Of a DNA stretch of 64,000 bases, positions 50,899 to 61,081 are shown piece after piece. This DNA comes from a virus (lineage: Duplodnaviria; Caudoviricetes): positions 64,001 to 128,000 of IMG/VR virus record IMGVR_UViG_3300025715_000012. One strand, 5' to 3'. How positions within the stretch are numbered: position 1 is the first letter of the stretch; every line of letters starts with the position of its first letter. A program made the position numbers and the translations under genes. The notes beneath the pieces are model-generated. The model had not been told where the DNA came from and searched no databases. It saw only the letters and a list, made by a program, of their open reading frames with translations.

Positions 50899-51710
50899 TA
50901 GAATATAAGATGTCAGCGGAAAACAGAAAGATATACTCGGATAATATAAATCGAGTTTTATTTCCTATGTATAGAAAAATGGGCAAATTGAAAAGATTGA
51001 GCCCCCATAGTATGTTTGGAGTAGTTGACACTGGATATGATTTACCAAGTGGAACAAGATCTTATGATTTTTATAATGGAAAAGATCCATATTGGTCTTT
51101 TTTGAATTATGTTAATACCAACATGCGTTCTTTCGCTGTTATTATGAAGCATTATAATGAAATGAATGATGAAAAAATATATAACGTGGACACCGCAGAT
51201 AAAGTCACAAAAGTAAATAATTTTATAAATGAATATGCCGAAGAAATATTCAAACCGAGCGATGGTGTGTTTCGAGATTGTTTGTGGGATATACTTGGAA
51301 AAATATCAACGACTAGATTTTATGGAGATTATGCCGAAGAAATAGCCGCTAGATTGTTGACAGAGAAATATAATATGGAAAATGTGGATAAAAGTGTTCC
51401 TGGCGATAAAAGAGATGCTTTCTATGGAGTTGATATAACATTTGACTTTAAAGGTAAAAATCAAACAGCTCAATGTAAGATTTATAACAATACTGGTTTA
51501 AAATTAGAAAATGGCGGTTATCTATTTAGTGGTCCAGCAATTACAAATTATAAAAACATAGATTATTTTATTTTTGTGAATATGAATATGAGACATTTCT
51601 ACATATTTCGCACAATTAGTAAAGCCACAGGCGATAGAATAGAAATAAATGAAAATGGATACTTTTTTAAAGAATCCCTAAAAGTAGATGATGGAAGATA
51701 TGAATATTGA
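50895..51710 (+). CDS. Hypothetical protein, PD-(D/E)xK-like
   Basis: GDYAE...DAFYGVD...TAQCK. Confidence 0.6.
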   Translation: MIEYKMSAENRKIYSDNINRVLFPMYRKMGKLKRLSPHSMFGVVDTGYDLPSGTRSYDFYNGKDPYWSFLNYVNTNMRSFAVIMKHYNEMNDEKIYNVDTADKVTKVNNFINEYAEEIFKPSDGVFRDCLWDILGKISTTRFYGDYAEEIAARLLTEKYNMENVDKSVPGDKRDAFYGVDITFDFKGKNQTAQCKIYNNTGLKLENGGYLFSGPAITNYKNIDYFIFVNMNMRHFYIFRTISKATGDRIEINENGYFFKESLKVDDGRYEY

Positions 51711-52704
51711 AACATACATATTACAACATGCTTTTGAATTAAAGTTTCATGAGTCTAGGGATGATTATTTTGAATTTTTTCGAAATAAACTCGAAAACTC
51801 TTATATAAGATGTAAGCTCATTTCAGGTGCACGAGAAATAGAAGAGCACGGTAAAATAAAAAAAGTTACAATCAATCCAATAGATACAAGATCCATTGCG
51901 ATTTATATAATTATGGATAATGGTGATGAGGGATATATACATGTTTATGAACCAATTGTAATATCAAAGAAACCGTTCGAAAAAATTATAAAATTTGATT
52001 CAGAAGATGATCCATTTGGTGAAGATGCAGAATGGCATTGGGGTGAAATAAAAGAATCGAACCATACAATAGAAAATTTTACTATTGGCGATATAGTAAG
52101 ACTGGATAGGAATACAAAAGAATATAAAGAACTTTATCCACATCGCAGATATTTTTATGAGGTAGGAGAAGACGAATTTGGAGTTGTGGAAAGGGTTCTA
52201 TATAACGAAAATTTTATTATAGTTAAATGGGGAAGTGGATATTCAAATGCCTATAGATCAAATGAACTTATTATTGATATAAAAAAAGAAAAAAGAAAAC
52301 AAAATTTAGAAGATGATCCTTGGAATGAAGAAGATTGGGGATATGAAGAAATAAAAGAAAAAAATCATATGAAAAATTTTAGAATGTTTATAAACGAAAA
52401 TTATACTTTAACCATCGCTGATGGAGAAAGTGATTCTGAAGCCGTGTGGCTCGAAGAATGTGATGTGTCTGATATCTGGTCTGATTATAAAAGTGAAAAG
52501 ATAAATGAAAACAATTTCATCAACACTTATAATAGAAGACTCGTTGGGAAGAAAGATAAGCTCGTAAAAATTGGAGTTAAATGTTGGAATGAATTAGCTA
52601 AATTGATAAGAGAAGGAAATGATGATATGATGAAATATTTAGATGACATTTATGATTGGGCCGATAAATACGGAGTTAAAATAATATCAAAGAAAAATGA
52701 TTGA
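51688..52704 (+). CDS. Three-module tagged polyprotein
   Basis: DDPFGED..WGEIKE and DDPWNEEDWGYEEIKE linkers; internal leader MKNFRMFINE at 52369. Confidence 0.75.
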   Translation: MMEDMNIETYILQHAFELKFHESRDDYFEFFRNKLENSYIRCKLISGAREIEEHGKIKKVTINPIDTRSIAIYIIMDNGDEGYIHVYEPIVISKKPFEKIIKFDSEDDPFGEDAEWHWGEIKESNHTIENFTIGDIVRLDRNTKEYKELYPHRRYFYEVGEDEFGVVERVLYNENFIIVKWGSGYSNAYRSNELIIDIKKEKRKQNLEDDPWNEEDWGYEEIKEKNHMKNFRMFINENYTLTIADGESDSEAVWLEECDVSDIWSDYKSEKINENNFINTYNRRLVGKKDKLVKIGVKCWNELAKLIREGNDDMMKYLDDIYDWADKYGVKIISKKND

Positions 52705-53383
52705 TGTCAAAAAACTTTTTGTGAAATATCATGGTTATGTTGAATGTCTACATATAGCTAAGATTTTGGCTAATATGGGATTTAAAGTTTATGGATACAA
52801 TTTCACATTTAAGAGTCATTTGATTGATTTATATATGGATTATAAGGGATTATATTTTAAATATGATGAAAAGTTTGAAACGCCATATTTTACTCTGATA
52901 GATGATGATTCAATTGAAGGATATAAAACTATTGAATATGAAGATTTTATAAAAATTATTAAAAAAGATTTTCCAGAATTCATGGCAAAAAAATTAAAAA
53001 GAAAAATAACTGAAGATGATCCTTGGGGCGAAGATTCTACATTTGAAAAATTTAATATATACAATCATATGATAACAAAATTTCAAATATTCGAGAAAAG
53101 ATTTCATCCGGCCGTGGGTGAATATTATCAAATAAATTACTGGGTTACAGGAGAAGTTGCGCCTGTTAAAATTTTAAAAGTCAATCCGAATAATACTTAT
53201 TTGGTTGGATTTGATGTTGAAGGAAGCTCGGTCCGAGGAGCTCCGAATGTCGTTATAAAAAATTCTGATATTGTTGCTCCATATAAACCAATAAGAAGTC
53301 CGGTTGGATCAGGGTTTATATCAACGAACACGAATATGAGTATACGTCAGGTGCATCAAGTTTCAAATGATATGTACTTGTAA
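52697..53383 (+). CDS. Two-module fusion with internal promoter and start (53069)
   Basis: DDPWGEDS, then TAATATATA, then MITKFQIFE and a Tudor/SH3-like domain. Confidence 0.7.
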   Translation: MIDVKKLFVKYHGYVECLHIAKILANMGFKVYGYNFTFKSHLIDLYMDYKGLYFKYDEKFETPYFTLIDDDSIEGYKTIEYEDFIKIIKKDFPEFMAKKLKRKITEDDPWGEDSTFEKFNIYNHMITKFQIFEKRFHPAVGEYYQINYWVTGEVAPVKILKVNPNNTYLVGFDVEGSSVRGAPNVVIKNSDIVAPYKPIRSPVGSGFISTNTNMSIRQVHQVSNDMYL

Positions 53384-53392
53384 ATCAAATAA

Positions 53393-53869
53393 TTAACTAT
53401 CTTCTCCCCAAGGATCATCCAATTTTTGCTCTTCTGGTAAATCTTCTATCGCAAAATATATATCATTGAATATTTTCTTTAAAGTGGACTCTCTTCTTCT
53501 TTTACAATATTCATATGGCTGTAATCCAATTTTTGGTCCAGTATCGTTGAAACTATCTATAATATGATCTCCGCGTAAAACAATGGCATCATAAAGCATA
53601 AATTGGTATTCTTTTTCAGAAACATATTTAAAAATATAAATATCATAATTCTTATGATGACAAAGGGCATATGTTGAATAATCGGTAGATTTGCCATAAG
53701 CGGCTTTAAACTCTATATTTGGAAAATCTCTTATTATTTCAAATCCAGCAGCATTTAGAATCTCGGTTTCAAAATCATTGAAATATGGTCGTTCTTGATT
53801 ATTTTGAATTCTCCTTTTACGAATTTCATCATCTGATGGCATGAATTTGAACTGTTCGAAACTCTTCAT
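53393..53869 (-). CDS. CTS-leader protein with C-terminal DDPWGEDS tag
   Basis: MKSFEQF...LDDPWGEDS. Confidence 0.7.
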   Translation of the reverse strand: MKSFEQFKFMPSDDEIRKRRIQNNQERPYFNDFETEILNAAGFEIIRDFPNIEFKAAYGKSTDYSTYALCHHKNYDIYIFKYVSEKEYQFMLYDAIVLRGDHIIDSFNDTGPKIGLQPYEYCKRRRESTLKKIFNDIYFAIEDLPEEQKLDDPWGEDS

Positions 53870-53916
53870 TTTAAATTTTCATTTTTCTTTATATATTAAA
53901 AAAATAATTCATTTTT

Positions 53917-55101
53917 TTAACTGATGAGTTCTCTCAGATTTCTATTAAATATTTCTTCTATTTCTTTTTTATATTTTATTGGAAAATTTATTGAATCGTG
54001 AACAGTAAACAAATTAATTTTTGGATATTTTTCATAAATTTCTTTAATAACTTTTCCGAAAATAAAATCGCTTTCCATTCTTTGTAGTCTATGACTCAGA
54101 AATCTATAATCCTCTTTCTCCTTTTTATATTCTAGTATATACTCATAGATTTTAGGGAAGACCCCTTTAAATATCTTATTTTCAGTTGTTTTCAATCCAT
54201 TTTTACCGAAAAGCACTTTATATATAATGAGTTTTATTTCTTTTCTATTCAAATTTTTAAATTTATCTTGAAAATAATCATAGAACAAACCATTCTTTGT
54301 CAGCTCGATATATTTTCTTATTTCTTCATCTGATGGATCCATTTCTTCTTGTAAGAGAACTCCGAGAAAAAGTGGTTGTGAATTTCTAATATCAAGCTCC
54401 ATTATATCCGAGCTGCCAATCATTAAAAATTTTTGTCTTATTTCTCTTTTTAATATAGTAAAATTTGTGTGAAATCTACCATATTCATCAAATTTAAAGA
54501 ATAGATGACCATTTTTTATACCTTCTATACTATTTAGATTTTTATAAAATTTGTTGCTATCAATTTGTTTTGTTTCTTTTAGAGATTTCAAATATTCTAT
54601 AGATTTTTTATAATCTATTTTAACTTTATAGATATCATCCACTAGTTTCTTTCTTATATCTGGTGATATAGGAGATAAATTATGGCTCGTTATAGATTCT
54701 TCAATAAACTCTTTTGAGTATTTTTTTAACAATATTTTATCATATATCGAGCATTCTTTAATGCTATCTGGATCAAAGGGATTGATTTTATAAGTTTTAG
54801 ATTTTTTACCAGCATAATAGTTCGATACTAGTGTAATGAAACCATCTTCAATTAAATAATCAATATATTTGGAATAGTCCATGCCATATTTTTTCCTCAG
54901 TATGAGACTCCACAGATTAAAATTATTTTCATTGAAGACCGAAAGCTCGACATCTTCAACAAAATAATGTTTTAAGATTAACTCATGTATAATATTGATG
55001 AGATAGGCTGTTTTTAGACTACTATCTTTATATGAAATTTTACTGGTTTTGGTCAAATATTCATATTTCTGTGGTATAAATTGGTGAATCTGATTAATCA
55101 T
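53917..55101 (-). CDS. Protein with PolA-superfamily palm motifs
   Basis: GRFHT, ELDIRNSQP, RKEIK..YKVLFG, LQRMES, TVHDSI. Confidence 0.6.
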   Translation of the reverse strand: MINQIHQFIPQKYEYLTKTSKISYKDSSLKTAYLINIIHELILKHYFVEDVELSVFNENNFNLWSLILRKKYGMDYSKYIDYLIEDGFITLVSNYYAGKKSKTYKINPFDPDSIKECSIYDKILLKKYSKEFIEESITSHNLSPISPDIRKKLVDDIYKVKIDYKKSIEYLKSLKETKQIDSNKFYKNLNSIEGIKNGHLFFKFDEYGRFHTNFTILKREIRQKFLMIGSSDIMELDIRNSQPLFLGVLLQEEMDPSDEEIRKYIELTKNGLFYDYFQDKFKNLNRKEIKLIIYKVLFGKNGLKTTENKIFKGVFPKIYEYILEYKKEKEDYRFLSHRLQRMESDFIFGKVIKEIYEKYPKINLFTVHDSINFPIKYKKEIEEIFNRNLRELIS

Positions 55102-55120
55102 ATTTCATATCTTGTAAAGA

Positions 55121-55537
55121 AAAATCATAAAAAGTTTTTTAATATATAGAACAAAATTTAAATAATTTTAAATGAATATTCTCAAATTCAATACTTTTAA
55201 TTCTGTAAATGAGCAAGATGATAATGGTTTTTATGTCGGGCAAAAAGTTTCTTTAAAAGAAGAATTGATAGGTGGTTACTCAGCATATTTTACTAGAAGA
55301 GTTATAAAAGATAATGATGGGACCATTGTTCGTATTAACTTTAATATGGAATATCCATTAATTATCGACTGGGGAGATGATTCTGTTGCCAATTATCGTG
55401 TGAGTGAAATAATACCAAAGGGAATGAAAATAAAAAGAAAACAAAATCTAAAAGACGATCCTTGGGATGAAGAAAATTGGGGGCATGAATTTGTGAAAGA
55501 AAATCATAAAAAGTTTTTTAATATATAGAACAAAATT
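55121..55537 (+). repeat. 38-bp exact direct repeat containing the late promoter (55121-55158 and 55500-55537)
   Basis: AAAATCATAAAAAGTTTTTTAATATATAGAACAAAATT occurs twice. Confidence 0.9.
55172..55528 (+). CDS. CTS leader, SH3-like domain and DPW tag
   Basis: MNILKFNTFNSVNE...DDPWDEENWG. Confidence 0.75.
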   Translation: MNILKFNTFNSVNEQDDNGFYVGQKVSLKEELIGGYSAYFTRRVIKDNDGTIVRINFNMEYPLIIDWGDDSVANYRVSEIIPKGMKIKRKQNLKDDPWDEENWGHEFVKENHKKFFNI

Positions 55538-55547
55538 CAATAATTGA

Positions 55548-56546
55548 ATGGTTAATTCTTTTTATGTCGGGCAAAAAGTTTCTTTAAAAGAAGAATTGAT
55601 AGGTGGTCGCTCAGTGTTTTTTAGTAGAAGCGCTATAAAAGACAACGATGGAACTATTGTTGATATTAATTTCAATAATGAATATCCATTAACTATCGAC
55701 TGGAAAAACTCCAAGGATGTTGATTACACAAAATGTTATCGTTATGGGGTAGATGAAGTTGTACCAAAGGGGATGAAAAGAAAACTGAATTCGGATGATC
55801 CCTGGGGAGAAGAGAATTGGGGATGGGAAGAAGTGAAAGAAAATAATAACTATAAAGGTTTCAATATTGGAGATGAAGTTTTTGTACATGGGCACATGTC
55901 CAACATTCACTTTACTGGTCAAAAAGGAACTGTAATAAAGATTTTTGATTATTCAGATAGAATTTTAGTTAAATTTCCAGAACGATTTGATGACAATTTA
56001 CACGATGGAAATGGAGATGATGAAACAAATAGTTCATATTATATTGATTATGAACTTTTAACATTAGCCGACAATAAAAAAAGAAGAAGAAAACAAAATC
56101 TAAAAGACGATCCTTGGGATGAGGAGTATTGGGGATGGGAATTTAAAAGAAAAACCAATCCAGATGATGATCCTTGGAATGAAGAAGACTGGGGATGGGA
56201 GGAAGTAAGTGAATCTAATAAATTTGATAATTTAATTGATTATTATATACCTTTTAAAACGAAAGAAGAAATGATCACAATAGCTAAAAAATTGGATGAG
56301 TTGGAATATATTGTTGCAAATTATAGAGAAGTTATTGTTGGAGTAGGATTTGATAATCCAGGACACAAGGTTTATTGTTACCATAAAGGAAAATTTATGA
56401 GGGCGACAATAGATTTTGCTAATTATAATAATAAAAAAAAATTGAGCCTTGAAGATCTCATTGGGTTCAAAAAAGGAAAAAGAATAACTAATCCAGATGT
56501 TGATCCTTGGAATGAAGAAGACTGGGGATGGGAAGAGATAAAATAA
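55548..56546 (+). CDS. Three-domain polyprotein with four DPW tags
   Basis: DPWGEENWGWEEVKE, DPWDEEYWGWE, DPWNEEDWGWEEVSE, DPWNEEDWGWEEIK. Confidence 0.8.
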   Translation: MVNSFYVGQKVSLKEELIGGRSVFFSRSAIKDNDGTIVDINFNNEYPLTIDWKNSKDVDYTKCYRYGVDEVVPKGMKRKLNSDDPWGEENWGWEEVKENNNYKGFNIGDEVFVHGHMSNIHFTGQKGTVIKIFDYSDRILVKFPERFDDNLHDGNGDDETNSSYYIDYELLTLADNKKRRRKQNLKDDPWDEEYWGWEFKRKTNPDDDPWNEEDWGWEEVSESNKFDNLIDYYIPFKTKEEMITIAKKLDELEYIVANYREVIVGVGFDNPGHKVYCYHKGKFMRATIDFANYNNKKKLSLEDLIGFKKGKRITNPDVDPWNEEDWGWEEIK

Positions 56547-56601
56547 TTTTTAAACCATTCCATTTTTTCTCAATATATTAGTAAAAATAATTTTTTCAAA
56601 A

Positions 56602-56814
56602 ATGCTTTACGACGCTAGAAAACAAAAAAGAAAATTTAGATTAACATTCTATATTATTTTATTTTTTCAAAAAAACTGGAAAATTCTTTTAAAAGTTTTA
56701 TTGGTATTATCTATTTTTTCTATTATATTCTTACCGACATTATCTGGTAACATAATCGGCAATTGGATAAAAGATTTTTTTGGAACAATTATCAATATAT
56801 TGAAAACTATATAG
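56602..56814 (+). CDS. Small membrane protein
   Basis: Hydrophobic helix ILLKVLLVLSIFSIIFLP. Confidence 0.6.
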   Translation: MLYDARKQKRKFRLTFYIILFFQKNWKILLKVLLVLSIFSIIFLPTLSGNIIGNWIKDFFGTIINILKTI

Positions 56815-56816
56815 TT

Positions 56817-57005
56817 ATGAGTGAAATTAACAGCGAATTACCTACAGCGAGCGATATGGGTATAAATGATGAATTTGTTTATGCCGCCAAAATTGTAAAG
56901 GCTTTATCTAAAATCGATTTTTCAAAACCATGTGAAAGAGATGAAGCAATAAGAGCAATTGAAAAAACTTTTTATGAATATAAGGATAAAATATTAAAAA
57001 AATAA
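56817..57005 (+). CDS. Hypothetical protein
   Basis: ORF between the membrane gene and dut. Confidence 0.55.
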   Translation: MSEINSELPTASDMGINDEFVYAAKIVKALSKIDFSKPCERDEAIRAIEKTFYEYKDKILKK

Positions 57006-57014
57006 AAATTTTAT

Positions 57015-57530
57015 ATGATAGTTGATGTTAAAATATTTAATAAGAGCCCAAATGAATTGCCTAAATACGCAAAACTAGGTGATGCTGGTTTCGATCTAAG
57101 AGCGGATCTCAGTAGAATAACAAAAAAATCAGACTTGGTTGGTAATGGAAATTATTCTCTAAAACAAAATGAAAATGAAAACTATATCATCCTATATCCA
57201 AAAGGCAGAATAGTCATACCCACTGGAATACATGTCGCCATACCCGAGGGGTATGAAATACAAGTGAGACCACGTAGTGGCTCGGCTATAAAATATGGTA
57301 TCAGCGTTTTAAATTCGCCAGGCACAATAGATACTGGTTGGAGGGATGAGATTGGGGTGATTTTATTAAACACAAATGATGTCGAATTCTTCATTTATCA
57401 AGGAGATAGAATCGTACAAGGTGTCTTGAAAGAAGTCTGCTATTGTAATTGGATTGAAGTAGAAAATGAAGAAGAGCTGGGCGAGACAGAAAGAGGGAAA
57501 GGTGGATTTGGCCACACAGGTAAAGAATGA
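57015..57530 (+). CDS. dut: Trimeric dUTPase
   Basis: AGFDL, RPRSG, NSPGTID, GDRI.Q, RGKGGFGHTG. Confidence 0.96.
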   Translation: MIVDVKIFNKSPNELPKYAKLGDAGFDLRADLSRITKKSDLVGNGNYSLKQNENENYIILYPKGRIVIPTGIHVAIPEGYEIQVRPRSGSAIKYGISVLNSPGTIDTGWRDEIGVILLNTNDVEFFIYQGDRIVQGVLKEVCYCNWIEVENEEELGETERGKGGFGHTGKE

Positions 57531-57796
57531 AAAATATGAGAAAAGATAAAAATTACTACATAAAAGAAATAGAAGTCGAAGAGTGGTTGTCTATTGATGA
57601 AGGAATTCAAAAACATAGATTTAATGATAGAATCGAATATAAAAAGAATTACGAGCTTCATCGCGAGGATGGTCCAGCTGTAGAATATTTTGATAACATC
57701 GGAAATCAATATTATCTAAATGGAAAGAAATATACAGAAGATGAATGGAAAAATATACAAAAAGATAAAATTATGGGATTGATTATATCATCGTAA
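57527..57796 (+). CDS. LHRxDGPA-motif phage protein
   Basis: LHREDGPAVEY...YYLNGKK. Confidence 0.75.
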   Translation: MKNMRKDKNYYIKEIEVEEWLSIDEGIQKHRFNDRIEYKKNYELHREDGPAVEYFDNIGNQYYLNGKKYTEDEWKNIQKDKIMGLIISS

Positions 57797-58789
57797 AGAC
57801 ATATAATTATAATTCAATCTTATAGCGTTATCCAAACAATGTTCTTCTATTTGATTAGCATAATTTCTATCAAAATTATTTGATACGGCGTCGAGTTCTT
57901 GTAAATCTTTCAGCTCTTTTATTTCGTCTATATTGTTCAATTTATTATGGCTAACATCCAATATACCTAAACTAAAACATTTTGTTAAATGCTTTAAAGT
58001 GGTTATTTCATTATAAGAACAATCCAAATTGAATAAACTATAAGAATCTTCTATTCCACTAAGATTTTCTAGTTTATTATGCGAGCAATCAACATAATCC
58101 ATATTTTTGCCTTTTAACCAATGTAATGATTCTATTGAGTTATGCGAGCAATCTAAAATCGCTAAATTCTTTAAATGTTTTAAATAATATAAATTTTTTA
58201 TGTTGTTATATTGACAAGCCAAACTTTTCAAATTTGTGAGATTTTGAATACCGTCTAAAGAATCAATATTTTCTCTCGAACAATCTATAAAAGATATTTT
58301 ATTCCAAAACGATTTATCAGGATATTTTTTCTTTATGAATTTCATTAAACTGTTATCTTCTGGCTCAGCAAATTTAAAAGTATAGTTCTCTATTTTAGGA
58401 GATTTCATATTAAAAATATATATCAGATCATCAACACAATCCTCGATAAAAAGGCTATCATTAGAGATAATGTTATTGTTATATTTTTCTCCCCCTTTAA
58501 CAACAAAAACATTTACTTTATGCTGGTTAATTATAACTTTTTCTTTAGTATTTATATTATGAATTTCAATATAATTTCCATAATCTTTTATGACATCATT
58601 GATAAAATTCCTTAGAGTGTTTATATCTTCTTTACAAATATACCAAGCTCCTTTCAAGTTAAAAACTTTATTTTTTCTAAAATACTGCATAACTGGATCA
58701 TCTTTATGGGGTGGCAATAAAAGTTGTCCGGATTCATATACCCGATTCGATTTTAATTCACTAACAAATTTAGAATATGGACCTAACAT
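57788..58789 (-). CDS. Leucine-rich repeat protein
   Basis: LDCSHN.I..L repeats in the C-terminal half. Confidence 0.85.
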   Translation of the reverse strand: MLGPYSKFVSELKSNRVYESGQLLLPPHKDDPVMQYFRKNKVFNLKGAWYICKEDINTLRNFINDVIKDYGNYIEIHNINTKEKVIINQHKVNVFVVKGGEKYNNNIISNDSLFIEDCVDDLIYIFNMKSPKIENYTFKFAEPEDNSLMKFIKKKYPDKSFWNKISFIDCSRENIDSLDGIQNLTNLKSLACQYNNIKNLYYLKHLKNLAILDCSHNSIESLHWLKGKNMDYVDCSHNKLENLSGIEDSYSLFNLDCSYNEITTLKHLTKCFSLGILDVSHNKLNNIDEIKELKDLQELDAVSNNFDRNYANQIEEHCLDNAIRLNYNYMSLR

Positions 58790-58823
58790 ATTACATATAT
58801 ATTCTATTTAAAAAATGAATTTT

Positions 58824-59231
58824 TTATTCTTCTTCTCCCCAAGGATCATCCTCTGGACTCAAATTGCTTTTTTTTCTTTCTGTTTTATGATAAATGGTGT
58901 TATCAAAATTATTATCAATATATCTCCTTAAAATAACCTCGTAATATTTCGTGTTTGAAAACATCCTATCTTTCATTTCTTCGTAATATTTCTCAGTGGA
59001 TAATTGAGCAAAGGATGTTGCAACACCGTCTTCATAACGAATTTCGAATAAACCATAAGGTTCTTTAGTAACTTCATCGAAGCCTCCACCATCTTCTTTT
59101 AAAGTTCTATTATAACTATATCCACATTTACTACAAAAAATATATTCTTCATCGCTTTTGTAGTAATATTCATCAAAGCACTCGCTTTCACATCTCGGAC
59201 AAGAATAATCATATGATATAACGCTTCCCAT
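58824..59231 (-). CDS. Zinc-ribbon protein with C-terminal DDPWGEEE tag
   Basis: CPRC...CSKCG. Confidence 0.7.
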   Translation of the reverse strand: MGSVISYDYSCPRCESECFDEYYYKSDEEYIFCSKCGYSYNRTLKEDGGGFDEVTKEPYGLFEIRYEDGVATSFAQLSTEKYYEEMKDRMFSNTKYYEVILRRYIDNNFDNTIYHKTERKKSNLSPEDDPWGEEE

Positions 59232-59238
59232 ATCTTTT

Positions 59239-59505
59239 TTAATAATTAACTTTCATTAAAGATGTTTCATATAATAAATCATGTTTTATAACATAATCTA
59301 ATATGTTATCTACCTGCTTTTCAGTTAGATGTTTATTGGCTGCCACTGCCATAGCATAGGGAATTTCTCCGTCCTCACCCATATAGACAGAAATGATTTT
59401 TTTATCATATATTTTTAAGTTCTCTAAAATTTCATCCATATCGAGATCTTTAACGTAATCTCTATACGCGAAACCATAAAAAATTATATCATCGAACATA
59501 ATCAT
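59239..59505 (-). CDS. Hypothetical protein
   Basis: TAAATTTG promoter upstream. Confidence 0.55.
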   Translation of the reverse strand: MIMFDDIIFYGFAYRDYVKDLDMDEILENLKIYDKKIISVYMGEDGEIPYAMAVAANKHLTEKQVDNILDYVIKHDLLYETSLMKVNY

Positions 59506-59569
59506 AAGTGCAAATTTAATAAAAATATTTTAATATATACAAATAATAAATAAAAAAAAATGATATCAA

Positions 59570-59668
59570 ATGAAAAAATTTAATGAATTTCTATTAGAGA
59601 ATTTAAAATGGAAAATGAGAGATAGAGGCAGATATTTAGAAACCGAAGCACCCGATTTTAAATGGTGA
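59570..59668 (+). CDS. Short CTS-leader ORF (32 aa), possibly a frameshifted remnant
   Basis: MKKFNEFLLE; late motif at 59531. Confidence 0.5.
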   Translation: MKKFNEFLLENLKWKMRDRGRYLETEAPDFKW

Positions 59669-59746
59669 GAAATTTCTGGATCATTGTGTGGAATTGGGCG
59701 CTGACGTAGATAGTAAAGATTACAATTAAAAAAAAATATTAAAAAA

Positions 59747-60523
59747 ATGGATTCACAGACATTCAAAAAGTTTTTTGAAAACTCTAGCACATATCATTCT
59801 TTTACAGATATTTTAAATTTGGCAAAAGAAACATCAGATTATATCTACAACAACGATATAATAAAAAGTAAGTTGTTCAACTCCTTTAAAGAAACCGATA
59901 AAGGATTTCAACTCATTTTTGATAGAGTAGATAAAGATGATATATTTATAGACGCTAGCAAAAAGACAATTAAAGATAAAGAAGGAATAGATATAAATTT
60001 AGATAAAGCCTATAGTGACATCGAAGATTTATATAGAGATATCAAATTGGAATTTTATGTAAATATAAAACAGATGAACGAAGGATTAAAAACCTTTGAA
60101 AAGTTCGCTGGAAATAAAATAAAAACTTTCTCTGAAATGTCTTTGATAAATGAAAAATTTACAGAAGAGTTTGATATGAAACTATCAGATGATTATAAAT
60201 CTTTAAAGAAAGGAATTTTAGAATTAATTGATCAAACATTAAAAGGTGATGTTACAAAAATACAAAAATTTATCAATGATTATATTGAAGAAGACTCGGA
60301 AGAGGTCTTGGATGGTTTCATCGAAGACGCGGACATATTCGATACCTATTTGAAATACCAATCGGATATAGACGAATTGCTTGATGAAGAATTAAATTAT
60401 TTTAATGATGCTCCAACAGAAATTGGATTATATAATTATGTTGTTCGCGGAACATTTGAAGCAGTTGTCTATTGTATGAAATTAATAAAAGAAGAATTAT
60501 TTGGAAAAGAAGAAAATGAATAG
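59747..60523 (+). CDS. Acidic protein with leader-like repeats, ending in EELFG
   Basis: TFKKFFE, LKTFEKF, IKTFSEMSLINE. Confidence 0.7.
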   Translation: MDSQTFKKFFENSSTYHSFTDILNLAKETSDYIYNNDIIKSKLFNSFKETDKGFQLIFDRVDKDDIFIDASKKTIKDKEGIDINLDKAYSDIEDLYRDIKLEFYVNIKQMNEGLKTFEKFAGNKIKTFSEMSLINEKFTEEFDMKLSDDYKSLKKGILELIDQTLKGDVTKIQKFINDYIEEDSEEVLDGFIEDADIFDTYLKYQSDIDELLDEELNYFNDAPTEIGLYNYVVRGTFEAVVYCMKLIKEELFGKEENE

Positions 60524-60776
60524 AATTAAACTATACGAACAATTTGATTTTGAGGATCTCTCGGATGAAGAGCTCTTTGGTAAAAAAACTGCACCAGAAG
60601 TTGGAGACAGGATTTTAATTTTAGATACATTAAGATATTACGTTATTCGACATGAATGGGATAAAAATATGTTAGAGATCATAGGAAAAGAGACCTATAT
60701 CACTGAAATTTATCATAATAAATATTATATAAGAGAAGGTTGGTACGTTTATAGAGATTGTTTTGAAATAATTTAG
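60516..60776 (+). CDS. DEELFG-leader cassette protein (11555-type core)
   Basis: WYVYRDCFE. Confidence 0.8.
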   Translation: MNRIKLYEQFDFEDLSDEELFGKKTAPEVGDRILILDTLRYYVIRHEWDKNMLEIIGKETYITEIYHNKYYIREGWYVYRDCFEII

Positions 60777-60783
60777 AAAAAAT

Positions 60784-61074
60784 ATGAAACATTTGAAACT
60801 ATACGAACAATTTGATTTCGAAGACCTATCTGACGAGGAGCTTTTTGGTAAAAAAACTGAACCAGATATTGGAGATAAAATTTTAATTTTACCGAATTTA
60901 AAAGATTATATTTATGAATACAATTGGTCTGAAAAGATGTTGGATTTTATAGGAAAAGAATTTTCTATTACTAAAATAGTATTAAAAAATGATTATATAA
61001 GTCTTTATAATCAAAATAGATATTATATAAGAGATGGGTGGTTTATTTTTAGAGATTGTTTTGAATTAATTTAG
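60784..61074 (+). CDS. DEELFG-leader cassette protein (11555-type core)
   Basis: WFIFRDCFE. Confidence 0.8.
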   Translation: MKHLKLYEQFDFEDLSDEELFGKKTEPDIGDKILILPNLKDYIYEYNWSEKMLDFIGKEFSITKIVLKNDYISLYNQNRYYIRDGWFIFRDCFELI

Positions 61075-61081
61075 AAAAGAT

